A stretch of 64,000 bases of DNA, taken from the NCBI RefSeq assembly GCF_000143415.4, contig NW_003314290.1, positions 124,001 through 188,000 on the forward strand. Reading direction: 5' to 3'. Origin of the DNA: Selaginella moellendorffii (taxonomy: Eukaryota > Plantae > Lycopodiophyta). Below the pieces are notes generated by a model. The model ran no database searches. It worked only from the letters and a program-made list of their open reading frames with translations, and was not told the origin of the DNA. Positions 34,140-47,356 of the stretch are shown in pieces. Made by a program: the position numbers and the translations under genes. The stretch's first letter is position 1. The number at the start of each line of letters is the position of its first letter.

Positions 34140-37100
34140 TGTAAGATATAAATCCCTAAACCCCAAAGTGGAGCCGAAAGGGTGTCACGTGATAGTGGCC
34201 AAAGCGAAAGCCAAATGAGCGTAACACGTTTGGACTAAAAGCTCTGACTTGAAAAGTCAAGAGCGGGACTGAAACTCCCAACGAAGTGTTTGAGGAACAA
34301 GCACGAAACGAGCAATAAGTGAGTCTCTAGAAAAGGGACACAAGAGGACTAACACATGACACGTGGAAGTGTCCAAGATGGAGTGGTGGTTTGGCTAGGA
34401 AAGGCCAGTTTGGCCCAGGAAGGCCATACCCAACTATTAGGTGATGAGATGACCACTGGGACGTCCAAGGCTAAAGTGAATACCGTGGGGTAGCTTGGTG
34501 AAGTGTTCAAGAACCGACTTTAGTTCCCCCAGGAGATCAAACGGTCGATGCTCCCAGTTTAAGTGTGGGTGGCACTACCTACTTGGATACCTGGTATGGC
34601 TCAACGGAACCTCGCTCTAAGCCCATGGCTAAAGCACCCAAACGCAGAAGGCAGGGAGAGTACCTATAAGGCCCACGTAGGGCCATAGTGTTCTGAAATG
34701 TTGTCCCTAAGTCCCGGACTATGGAAAGGAAGAGGAGCAGTCCTCTGGTGTGGTGACCAAGGATACAGTCACACGGTGAGGAAGTCCCAAAGGATAGTGG
34801 GACTTAATGGTCAAGCCTGTGGGCTTTGATTTAGAGGCAGTATTGGCGAACACGGCCATGGATAAAAAAAGACTTGGTAGGGATTGTAAAAGGGATATTG
34901 GGGAAGGTTGTACCCCATGTCTGCATGCATCCTAAGGATGCTAAGAAGTGGATTTGGGTGGAAGCAACCAAAGAGAACGACTTGAGAGATGATCCGTTAG
35001 GGTTTAAATATAGGGTTGGGTGACTTCCCGGGAAGTCCAAATTCAGGAGCTTACATTTGGTATCAAAGAGGTCTCGGGTCCGACTCTGTTGGTTGGCTAT
35101 AAGCTGGTCCAGTTTGCTCCCGCTGGGCTCGACCCGAGGGGTAGGGTGTCAAGAGAGCGGGGCTCTCGGGAGAGTTGTGACTCTCAGCTTCTGTTCACGA
35201 GGGCGTGAACTTGCAGGGAAGCGTGGTGGATTGTAAACAACCAAAGAGAACGACTTGAGAGACCAGCTTCTGTTCACAAGGGTGTGAACTTGCAGGGCAA
35301 CATGGTGGATTGTAAGCAACCAAAGAGAAAGATTTGAGAGATGATCCGTTAGGGTTCAAATATAGAGGGAAAGGGCCCATGAATAAGAATGCACCCCTTT
35401 TTCCAAAATGGTTAAGGGTCTTGGGATATTTGGGATTAAGTGTCATTGGGTGTGAATAATATTGGGTTGGGTGACCTCCTGAGAAGTCCAAATTCAAGAG
35501 CTTACACTGGGGTGATCATTCATGGATGGATGGCCCGTCTTTGAAAGACGGGACTGTGATGTAGGTGGACCAAGTGCAAAGGTTGAGCAGCATGGATGCC
35601 ATTCTCGGGGCTAGCAAACCCCAAGTCCTAAATTGAACTTATGGAGGTTGTGAATGAGACTTCTCTAAGTGGTCGGAGTGTGGTTAGGTGACTAAAGTAG
35701 AATGGAAAAATTAATCGCTTACAATTTGGTATCAGAGTTGTTCTTTAATCTGACTTTTATTGGTGCTCAAGTATATCACCACTTGTATTGGCATTGGAAG
35801 GTCCGAGGAGTGGGTCTATCCTTGAAGAGTAGTAGGTCGAGAGGACATAACTCTCCACTGTAGTTCATGTATGAATTTGTAGTCATAACTCTCCACTGTA
35901 GTTCATGTATGAATTTGTAGTCAAGGTGGTGGATAGAAAAGGGCTAATAAAGGAACAATTTTGGGATCTTGGGGACAATATAAGATTTTCCTCAGAGAGT
36001 TGAGGATGTGATCTAGATTAGCATTTGACCCAGCAAACTGGCTAATGTAGTTATGGTAAAGAATTATAGTTGGGATCACGGGAAAGATAAAGACTCCAAA
36101 ATAATAAAGGAGTCACAAGATTATCCTCATATAGTTGAGGTTGGTGCTCATGAATTTGAGATCAGAATTAATGAACATAGGAGGTCAAATACGAAAGAGG
36201 ACACAAGTCCTTGAAATGGTAGCCAAGGCTACCCTTAATAAATGCTAGAACAACCCAAGAGATTGGGGGTGTATTTAGAGGATGAGTTGGTATTTTCATC
36301 ACATGGACAAATAGTCCTAAAGGGCAAACGTAGCCCATATGGAACAAAGAATAATCAAGTGTCGGAGTAACACTTGTAGGAATTGTTTTTATAAGTAGGA
36401 CATGAATATGAGAAGTTGTACTCTAACGAGCTGGCACCTAAAAAATGGGACCTTATAAGTCGTCGGATTAACAAAGTCCAAAAAACTACATGATTCGAGT
36501 GGAGTCAAAAAATGGTCCTAGAGGACTAATGGAAGCATTTGGACTAAGGTGTATTATACCCTACGAAGGATGGGGAGGATCATAAAATCCAAGTATGAAA
36601 ATAGTGGGTATTTTATTGATGGCAAAATGTGCTATACTAAAATTATGGGAAAAAGGTTCCCAGAAGAAAGCAACTTTGACATAAAGTTGTATGTAAACTA
36701 TATGATGCAATGCTAATAGATAATTGGCATGAGAAATGACTATATTAGTCTTAGCAAAGACCTAGACACAAGTAAGAAGTGTCATAAAGGTACGCTCGTG
36801 AAGTTGATGGTGTGGAGGCACCAAATATGCCAAGGCGTGATGCCTTGAAGTCAAGTTGATAGGTTCATGAGAACCCCTTCCCAAAGGAATCCTAATGGAA
36901 ATGGGAATGGCATAGCCTAAGCTAGAAAGCATGCAATTAGAGTGTGGTGACCCAAAAATAATGATGAAGGTGTAGAAGCACTAACAATGAGTTGTAGGAC
37001 TTAACAACTATAAAACAACTAAGCAAAATGTGCAAAATAATTAATTAAACTAGTAAAAGGTAACTACCTAAGACTTTTTATTGAGATAAAGAAGTTACAT

Positions 37101-39719
37101 ATACGAGGGATAAATTACTCATGTTGCGATATAGTAAGTCAATGTCATAAAAGAAATGCTCATTATCAAAGAAAGCCATCATTGGGACACCCAAACGCTC
37201 TAAAACACCAAAAAATGGTGTTTGTTGTCGTGAGGGCATTAGATAAGGACTAAAAGACTAAGTCCCTAGTGAATGATGGATAGGAGGTGCTATCTAAACA
37301 TCTAAGGTTGCAAAGATAGGAAAAGATTGTCTACCCGAATTGGATAAAGCAAAAAATGGAATTTTGGCAAGGCTAATGATGGGCATATAAAGGCCCATAA
37401 GTAGCAACGTTAATCCTGGTATGTGGGATTATAAAGTGAGCATACCTGAATTGAAGAACCACTCCCTAGGCTATCGGGTGGGTTCATCCCTAAGAATACT
37501 TGCTAAGGCATGGTAGAAAGTGCAAAGCTATCCTCCTAGTTTGGAGGCAAATAACTGAAGGAAATGTGTGAGGCCAAAAACAAGTAGTAAGAGGATAGAA
37601 CTAAATTATAGGAATTGAAGAGCATAACCAAGAGTGGTTATGTTAGTTGAGAATGGAGAATCAAGTGGGCACTCAAACATATTATTATAAGCAATTGTGA
37701 TGCCATGGAGAGTCTAAATATGAAATTATCCATGTTAAACCATATGGTAATTAAAAATCTTGCAAAAAGGAGAAGCCTTAGCAAGCTAAGGGACAAAATT
37801 CCTTCAAGGTTCCCAAAGATAATTTTAGGTAACTTAATATCTAAAAAGCGAAGTGTAAATGGTTCATAGAACGTGCAAAATCAGAGTGGCACAGCAAAAG
37901 TGTAGTCTTAAAGCTTGCCATAAGGTAATGCTATCAAGGTTGGGGAAGTAATTCCCGAGTGTTCAAAGAGAGGGTTTTGAATGAAAGTTGATGGTTAAAG
38001 ACTTTCACGGTTGAACCATATTACAGTGGTCAGATGACTTCTTAGATGCGATTGGCAAGTCAGGGGAACAAATACCCTAATTGAAAGTGCTAACTTCAAA
38101 AGGGGTGGCCCATGGGGCCATGCATAGAGGAGTCCATGCATGATTACAGACATGCCAAGTTAAAGGACTTGGTAGTGTAGAAGAACTAAGTTCCTAAGCT
38201 GTGTTGTGGCGTGTTTTAAGTATAAATTGGTGCACCAGTGTGGGGAATCACGCTAGGCATCATGTGTGATGTCATTTGTAGATGCATATATAAATGTTGG
38301 GTTCGAGTCCTGACCCTTTAGTGCTTGGGTTTGAGTCCCAACTCACTAAGGCACAGTGATGGTTTGGAATATGAGGACACTTATTTTTCGGTGGTCATAG
38401 ACTCTTAGTAAGGAGACTATCTTGGGCACACTACCAAGTGGGGGATGCCCCGGAGTTGTGATGCATGGTTAAATTGCTTAGTGTGAAAACTTAGCATATC
38501 TAACTTGAACACTTTAGTGCAAGTGGCACCAAGGACGTGGTGAATGAGATGGGGACACATAGTCTCAATTGTTATGGACCCTTGGCAGGAAAGGCTAACT
38601 TATGCGTACTGCCAAGTGTGGGGGATGCCCCTAGGGTCATGGTTAACAATTTAAATGTCTAGAAGATTTAGTATCTATTGGCAAACTTATTAAGGTGTCA
38701 AGAGTAAATTGCTAAGTGATCTTATGGCTAAGCAAGGACAAGGTTCTTGTGAAGTTATGGAATAAGATTCCTAGTTCAAAGTGTTGATTTGAACTATTGA
38801 TGATGGTGTGGTTTGGTCAAGGTGACCAAGTGGGAAAAACACCTAAGGGAAATGAGTTGTGTCAAGGCGATGGCATAACAAGTTCACAGAAAGTAGTCTT
38901 TATAAAAGACTAATGGGAGGGTAGATAAATCCCACAGCAGAAAATGCTAAAGAAACGTACTAGGGATGAACACCCCCTGGACTTGGCAAAGCAAAGTCTT
39001 TGCTATGAAACCGAAAGGATACTTCAAGAATGGAGGTAGCGATCCTATATTGCTAGGTGCAACAATCAAAGGATAGGAGCAAAGATTAGTGGCTAAGTAA
39101 AAAGCTATGGGAATCATGGGAAGGAATCCAAATGGCAAAGTAAAGTCCCAAACTGTGAAAAAGAAGAGGAGCAATCCTCTGGTGTAGAAACCAAGGATAC
39201 AGTCATGTGAGGAGGAAGTCCCAAAGGACCGTGGGACTTAGTGGTCGGGCCTGTGGACCTTGATCCAGTGGCAGTGTTAGCGAACACGACCATAGATAGA
39301 AAGGGACTTGGTGGGGATCGAAAAAGGGATATTGGGGAAGGCTATTCCCCATGCCTGCAAGCATCTTAAGGATGCTAAGGAGTGGATTTGGGATGACCAC
39401 TCATGGATGGATAGCCCAGTCTTTAAGAGATGGGACTATGATGCAGGTGGTGTTAGACCACTAGTGTGACCAAGGTGAAGGGGCATAACCTTAGTGTAAC
39501 AGGCTGGTATGTCAGTGGTACTTTGGAAGGGTCGGTCATGGGATTGGACACATGGAACACTTGGGCCAAGTGTAAAGTTTGAGTGGTAGGGATGCTATTC
39601 TCGTGGCTAGCAAGCCCAAGTCTAGAATAGGACTTATGGAGGTTGTGCATGAGACTCTGACAAGTGGTCAGAAGTGTGGTTAAGTGACTAAAGTAGAATG
39701 GAAAAATTAGTCACTTATA
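34140..39719 (+). mobile_element. Non-autonomous LTR retroelement, family B, copy B1 (5' LTR 34140-35723, PBS 35727-35737, degenerate internal region, partial 3' LTR ~39165-39719)
   Basis: TG...CA LTR followed by tggtatcagag. The internal region is the reverse complement of ~42480-45876 and has no long ORF. Confidence 0.82.
34959..35506 (+). mobile_element. TRIM with 5S-rRNA-like LTRs (Cassandra-like), copy 2, nested in the B1 5' LTR
   Basis: Internally deleted 5' LTR 34959-35055, PBS tggtatcaaagag, 3' LTR 35311-35506 (tgtaagc...gcttaca), TSD ttggg/ctggg. Contains ttaagtgtcattgggtgtgaataatattgggttgggtgacctcctgagaagtcc. Confidence 0.85.
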
Positions 39720-40431
39720 GAGATTCATTTGGCTATTCGTGGTGGTTTTCTCCTTTTATTGGTTTAGTTCTCGCTAAACCCCTTAGAGACACCTTCTTTA
39801 TCTCAATCCCACTATTCATTCACGAGTAGTCTTAGTTTTTATCAATATAACTTTTGCACTTTGGAACTCTTAATTTTGACTTCTCGAAGTCGATTTCCTA
39901 GGTGTCTCTAACACTTTGCATTGCGCATATTGTGCAACTCCACTTCCCCATCTTTACTTAAGGGCACCATCATCTTCTTTTCTATTTCATGTCACATTTG
40001 GCATTAAGTTCCAGTTATCATAATTCGTGCTAGGGCTGTCCATGGCCCTATCATTTGACTATTTTATTGCTCCCTCCTTTGGAGCTTTCATTTTCACCAA
40101 ATTAGAGCAATTAGGAATCCATCATTAGAAACCCTTTACCTTTCTCACAATTCGTTAACATCCAACTCCTTGGTGTTCCTGGCCTAGGGACAACATTTCG
40201 GAACACCGTAGCCCTATGCGAGCCTCATGGGTACTCTCCCCACCTTCCACCTTTGGATGCTCTAGCCATGGGCTTAGAGTGAGGCTCCATTGAGCCATGT
40301 CAAGTATCCAAGTAGGTAGTGCCACCCACACTTGGACTGGGAGCATTAACCATTCGATCTCCTAGGGGAACTAAAGCCGGCTCTTGAACACTTCACCAAG
40401 CTACCTCGCTTGTCGGTCCGTATTCACTCTA
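39720..40431 (-). mobile_element. Scrambled family-B fragments (internal 3' piece plus LTR piece)
   Basis: 39720-40155 resembles ~42000-42445; 40165-40431 resembles ~46450-46700. Confidence 0.7.
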
Positions 40432-43400
40432 GCTTTGCACTTGGTCCAAGTGCTCCCCGCGTCCGCTCCCATGACTGACACCCCAAGGCACCACCAACAT
40501 ACTAGCCCGTTACGCTAGGCCATGCCCAATCACCTTGGTCACATCGGTGGTCCAACACCACCTGCATTGCAATCCCGTCTCTTCAAGATTGGGCCATCCG
40601 TCCATGAGTGGTCATCCCAGATCCACTCCTTAGCATCCTTAGGATGCCTGTAGACATGGGGAATAGCCTTCCCCAATATCTCCTTTCTAGTCCCCACCAA
40701 GTCCCTTTCTATCCTTGGCTGTGTTCCCCAACACTGCCATTGGATCAAGGCTCACAGGCCCGACCACTAAGTCCCACGGTCCTCTGGGACTTCTTCATTG
40801 CATGACTATATCCTTGGTCACTACACCAAATGACTACTCCTCTTCCTTTCCACAGTCTGGGCCTTTGGGACAACATTTCGGAACACCGTGGCCTTACGCA
40901 AGCCTCGTGGGTACTCTCCCCGCCTTCCACCTTTGGGTGCTCTAGCCATGGGCTTAGAGCGAGGTTCCGTTGAGCCATGTTTGGTATCCAAGTAGGTAGT
41001 GCCACCCACACTTGGATTGGGAGCATCGGCCAGTCGATCTCCCGGGGGAACTAGAGCCAGCTCTTGAACACTTCACCAAACTACCCCGCTTGTCAGTTCG
41101 TATTCACTCTAGTCTTGGACTTCCCAGTGGGCAGCTCATCACCCAACACAGGGTACAGCCTTTTTGGGCCAAACTGGCCTTTCCTGACTAAACTGGCTCC
41201 ACTGCAGTCCTCCCCCTTACTATACTTTTGGAGCTCACCAAACCCCCTAGGGTCTGGGAGACGAACGCTTTGGGCTTTCACCTTCTCAGACTCGAACTCG
41301 GACTCGGACTCGGACTCGGACTCGGACTCGGACTCAGACTCAGACTCGGACTTGGACTCGGACTCGGGCTCGGGCTCGGGCTCGGTCTCGGCCTTGGCCT
41401 CGGTCTCGGTCTCGGTCCCGATCTCGGTCTCGGTCTCGGTCTCAATCCTGGTCTCGGTCTCGACCTCGGACTCCATCTCGGGTCCTTCTCGGACTCCATC
41501 TCGGATTCCATCTCGGACTCCGTCTCGGTCCATCTCGGACTTCATCTCGGACTCCATCTCAGTCCATCTCGGACTCCATCTCGAACACTTTCACGTGTCA
41601 TGTGTTGGTCCTTTTGGGTCCCTTTTTAGAGCCTTGCTTATTGCTTGCTTCGTGCTCATTCCTCAAGCACTTTGTTGGGAGTTCCACTCCCGCTCTCAAC
41701 CTTTCAAGGCGGAGCTTTTAGTCCAAATGTGTTACGCTTCTTTGGCTTTCGCTTCGGCCACTACCATGTGGCGCCCTTCCGGCTCCACTTTGGGGCCTAG
41801 GGATTTTGTGTCTCACAACTCCACCACCCATAGATAAAGTTCAATGTCTTCATCGAATGGTAAACCCTTTTATAAAGTAACACCCGCATGTATTACCATT
41901 TCCATCCTTGACACCCAGCCAATATTTGACTATGGTTTGACACCGAAGGCTCACCATGCCTTGTTTATCCCCTAAAGAGCATAGTCTTTTCAACATAGAG
42001 ACTCACTCGACTATCTGGGGTGGTTTGCTCCCTTTTATTGGTTCAATTCTTGCTAAACCTGTTAGAAACACCCTCTTTAACTCAATGCCACTACTCATTC
42101 TCGAGTAGTCTCTCTTTCCATCAATATAACCTTTGCACTTTGGAGCTTTTTAATTCTGACTTCTCAAAGTCAATTTCCTAAGTGTCTTCGACACCTTGCA
42201 TTGCACATATTGTGCAACTCCATTTCCCCATCCTAGGAAATTCTCTATTTGAGGGCACCATCATCCTTTCTTTTATTTCGTGCCACCTTAGGCACTAAGT
42301 TCCAGTTATCATACTTTGTGCTAGGGCTATCCATAGCCCTATCATTTAGCTACCTTTCCGCTCCCTCCTTTGGAGCTTCCACTTTTGCCAAATCAAAGCA
42401 ATTGGGAATCCATCCTTGGAAACACAGTCTTTCCCACAATTTGTTAGCACCCAACACATTAGTGTTCCTAGTTTAACTTTGCCTTTTGGATTCTTTTTCA
42501 TGATTCCCATGGCTTTTTTCTTAGCCACTAGTTTTTTTGCTCCTATCCTTGATTGTTGCACCCAGCAACATAGGATCGCTACCTCCATTTTTGAGGTTTC
42601 CTTTCAGTTCCATAGCAACACTTTGCTTTGCCAAGTCCAAAGGGTGTTCACCCCTAGTACGTCTCTTTAACATTTTCTACTGTGGGCTCTATCCACGGCC
42701 CAACTTTTGAGACCCTCCCTTGGATCTCTTGTAGAGATTACTTTCCTCATACTTACTATGCCATCACATTGACATAGCTCATTTCCCTTATGTGTTCTTC
42801 CCACTTGGTCACCTTGACTAAGCCACACCATCATCAATAGTTCAAATCAACACTTTTGAACTAAGAACTTTATCCCTTAAACTCACAAAGACTTTGTCCT
42901 TATTTTAGCCATAAGACCACCTAGTGATCTAACCTTGGCACCTTAACAAGTTTGCCAATAGGTACTAGGTCTTCCAAACCTTTAAGTTGTTCATCATGAC
43001 TCTGGGGGCATCCCCCACACTTGGCGGTGCACCCAAGCCAGCCCTTCCGGCTAAGGGTCTATAGCAACTGAAACTGGGTGTCCCCATCTCATTCACCACG
43101 TTCTTGGTGCCACTCGCACCAAAGTGTTTAAGTTAGATATGCTGAGCCACACTAAGCAATCTAACCGTGCATCACGACTCCGAGGCATCCCTCGCTTGGC
43201 GGTGTGCCCAAACCAGTCTCCTCACTGAAAGTCCATGACCACCGAAAAATGAGTGTCCTCATATTCCAAACCATCACTACGCCCTAGTGATTTGGGGCTC
43301 AAACCCAAGCACTAGAGGGTCGGGACTCAAACCCAACCTCCGTATATACATTTACGGATGGCATCACATAGGATGCCTGGCGTGACTCCCTATGCTGGTG

Positions 43401-46400
43401 CACCATCATGTACTTAAAACGCACTATAGATCACAGCTTAGGAACCTAGTTCCTCCGCACTGCCAAGTCCTCTCATTTGACAAGTCTGTGATCATGCATG
43501 AACTCCTCCATACTTGGCCCTATGGGCCACCCCTTTTGAAGTTAGCACCTTCAACTAGGGGGTTTGTTCCCCTGACTTGCTAATCTCACTTAGCAAGTCA
43601 TCCGGCCACCATACATGGTTCATGCATAAGTGTGAAAGTTTTTAACCATCGACTTTCATTCAAAGCCCCCTCTTTGAACACTCGGGAATTACTTCCCCAA
43701 CCTTGATAGCCTCGCTTTATGGCCAGCTTCAAGACCACGCTTTTGCTGCGCCACTCTGATTTCGCGCACTCTAGAAACCATTTACACTTGGCTTTCTAGA
43801 TACTTCTCTACCTAGAATTGTTTTTGGGAACCTTCAAGGAACTCTGTTCCTTAGCTTGCCAAGGCTTCTCCTTCGCAAGCTCCCTACTCCCTATATGGTC
43901 TAACATGGATAATTCTATATTTTAGATTCTCCATGGCATCGCAATTGCTAGTAGCAACATCCTTGAGCACCTTCTTAATTTTCCACTCCCAACTTGCATA
44001 ACCACCGTTGGTTATGCCCTTCGATTTCTATGGTTTAGTTCCATCCCAATATTACTTGCCTTTTGGCTTCATATGTTTCCTTTGGTTATTCTCCTCAAAA
44101 CTAAGAGGATAACTTTATACATTTTACCATGCCTTAACAAGTATTCATAGGGATGAACCTACCCAATAGCTTAAGGAGTGGTTCCTCAATCTGGGCATGC
44201 TCACTTTATAATCCCACACACCGGGATTAACATTGCTACTTATGGGCCTTTATATGCCCATTACTAGCCTTGCCAAAATCCCATTTTTGGCTTTGTCCAA
44301 ATCGGGTAGACGGATTTCTCCCGTCTTCAGAACCTTGGACATTTGGATAGCACCTCTTATCCATCATTCGCTAGGGACTTAGTCCCTTGGGCATTATCTA
44401 ATGCCCTTGTGACTTCAAACACCACCTCTTGGGGTTGTAGAGTGTTTGGGTGTCCCAATGATGGCGTCCTTGACAATGAGTATTTCCTTTTATGATATTG
44501 ATTTATTATATCGCAACATAAGCAACTTATCCCCGATAAGGGTATATTTAACTTCTTTATGCCATTAAAAAGTCTTGGGTAGCTACCTTCTACCCGTTTA
44601 ACCAATTACCTGCACCTCATGCTTAGTTGCCTCATAGTTGTCAAGTCCTACAACTCATTGCTTAGTGCTTCCACACCTCCATCATTATCTGGGTCACCAC
44701 ACTCCAACCACATGCCTTCTAACATAGGCTATGCCATTCCCATTTCCATTGGGATTCTCTTGGCAAGGGGTTCTTATAAACCCATCAACATATCCTCAAG
44801 GCATCACACCTTGGCCCATTTGGTGTCTTCACACCATCGGCTCCATGCGTCTGCCTTTATGACACTTTGCACTTATGTCTAGGTCTTTGCTAAAACTAAC
44901 CCAGTCGTTTCTCATGCCAACCATCCGTTAGCACTACACCATAGTGTTCGCACACCACTTTGCACCAAAGTTGTTTTTTCTAGGAACACCTATCCCAAAA
45001 CTTTAGCATGGCACATTCTGCCATCGATGAGATACCCTCTGTTCTCATCCTTGGATTCTATGATCCCCCCCCATCATTCGTGGGGTATAACACACCTCAG
45101 TCCAAATGCTTCCATCAATCTTTCAGGATTATTCTTTGACTCTATTTGAGTCCTCCAGCTTGTTGGACTTTGTCATCCGACAACCCATGAGGTCCCACCT
45201 TTGAGGTGCCAGTTCACTGGAATACAACTTCTTGTATTCAAGTCCTACTCACAAGGACCATCTTTGCAAGTGTTACTCCGACACTTGATTTGTTCTCTTG
45301 GGGCAACTTTTTTCCCCTTATGACCACTTGTCCATGTGATGAGAATACCAACTCATCCTCTAAGTACACCCCCAACTCCTTGGGTTGTTCTAGCATTTAT
45401 TAGAGGTAACCCTGGCTACCATTTCAAGGACTTGTGTCCTCTTCCGTATTTGACCTTCCACGGTCATTAATTTTGGTCTTAAATTCATGAGCACCAGCCT
45501 CAACTATATGAGGGTAATCTTGTGACTCCACTATCGTCTTGGAGTTTGCATCTTTCCCGTGATCCCAACTATAGTTGTTTACCACAACTACATTAGTCTG
45601 TTTGCTGCATCAAACGCTCATCTGGATCACATCCTCAACTCTCTGAAGAAACCCTCATACTATTCCCAAGATCCCAAAGTCGTTCCCTTATTAGCCCTTT
45701 TCCATCCACCACATCGTGCACAAGTTCACGCATGAACTCAAGTGGAGAGCCATGTCCTCTCGACATGCTACTCCTTGAGGATAGGTCCATACCTAGGACT
45801 TTCCAATTCCAATACAAGTGGTGATATGCTTGGCCACCAATAAGAGTCGGACTAAGGAACAGCTCCGATACCAAATTGTAAGAGACTAAATTTTTCCATT
45901 CTACTTTAGTCATTTAACCACACCTTCGACCACTTGGAGGAGTCTCATTCACAACCTCCATAAGTCCCACTCAAGACTTGGGCTTGCTAGCCCCGAGAAT
46001 GGCATCTATGCCACTCAACCTTTGCACTTGGTCCAAGTGCTCCACGTGTCCGGTCCCATGACTGACACCCCAAGGCACCACCAACATACCAGCCCATTAC
46101 GTTAGGCCATGCCCAATCACTTTGGTCATATCAATGGTCCAACACCACCTGCATTGCAATCCCGTCTCTCCAAGATTGGGCCATTCGTCCATAAGTGGTC
46201 ATCCCAAATCCACTCCTTAGCATCTTTAGGATTCCTGCAGACATGGGGAATAACCTTCCCCAATATCTCCTTTTTGGTCCCCACAAAGTCCCTTTCTATC
46301 CTTGGCTGTGTTCGCCAACACTGCCATTGGATCAAGGCTCACAGGCCTGACCACTAAGTCCCACAGTCCTCTGGGACTTCTTCATTGCATGACTATATCC

Positions 46401-47356
46401 TTGGTCACTACACCAAATGACTACTCCTCTTCCTTTCCACAGTCTGGGCCTTTGGGACAACATTTCGGAACACCGTGGCCTTACGCAAGCCTCGTGGGTA
46501 CTCTCCCCGCCTTCCACCTTTGGGTGCTCTAGCCATGGGCTTAGAGCGAGGTTCCGTTGAGCCATGCCTGGTATCCAAGTAGGTAGTGCCACCCACACTT
46601 GGATTGGGAGCATCGGCCAGTCGATCTCCCGGGGGAACTAGAGCCGGCTCTTGAACACTTCACCAAGCTACCCCGCTTGTTAGTCTGTATTCACTCTAAT
46701 CTTGGACTTCCCAATGGGCAGCTCATCACCCAACATAGGGTACAGCCTTTCTGGGCTAAACTGGCCTTTCCTGGCCAAACTGGCTCCACTGCAATCCTCC
46801 CCCTTACTATACTTTTGGAGCTCACCAAACCCCCCAGGGTCTGGGAGATGAACACTTTGGGCTTTCACCCTTTTAGACTTGAACTCGAACTCGAACTCGG
46901 ACTCGGACTCAGGCTCGGCCTCGGCCTCGGTCTTGGCCTCAGCCTCGGTCTCGGTCTCGGTCCCGATCTCGGTCTCGGTCTCAGTCTCGGTCTTGGTCTC
47001 GGTCTCAGTCCTGATCTCGGTCTCGACCTCAGACTCCATCTCGGGTCCTTCTCGGACTCCATCTCGGATTCCATCTCGGACTTTGTCTTAGTCCATCTCG
47101 GACTCCGTCTCGGTCCATCTCGGACACTTCCACGTGTCATGTGTTGGTCCTTTTGGGTCCCTTTTTAGAGCCTTGCTTATTGCTCACTTCATGCTCATTC
47201 CTCGAGCACTTTGTTGGGAGTTCCACTCCCGCTCTCAACCTTTCAAGGCGGAGCTTTTAGTTTAAACGTGTTACGCTCGTTTGGCTTTCGCTTCGGCCAC
47301 TACCATGTGGCGCCCTTCCGGCTCCACTTTGGGGCCTGGGGATTTTGTGTCTCACA
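40432..47356 (-). mobile_element. Family-B LTR element, copy B2 (5' LTR 45877-47356, PBS 45862-45873, PPT ~41818-41833, truncated 3' LTR 40432-41817)
   Basis: Highly similar LTR pair (near-identical ORF translations at 40.5-41.8 kb and 46.1-47.3 kb); gctccgatacca PBS; ~4-kb internal region with no intact gag/pol. Confidence 0.85.
41286..41585. repeat. Hexamer microsatellite (GACTCG/GTCTCG)n inside the family-B LTR; paralogous tracts at ~46875-47120 and ~62680-62925
   Basis: Source of the SD/ES/GL low-complexity ORFs in the track. Confidence 0.85.

Noticed and set aside
35430-35495. 5S rRNA gene
   Set aside because: Only a partial, diverged 5S segment embedded in TRIM LTRs.
41064-41837. SD/ES-repeat ORFs resembling bacterial Sdr adhesins (also at ~46600-47170)
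   Set aside because: Translation of the hexamer tract inside an LTR; open in several frames on both strands.
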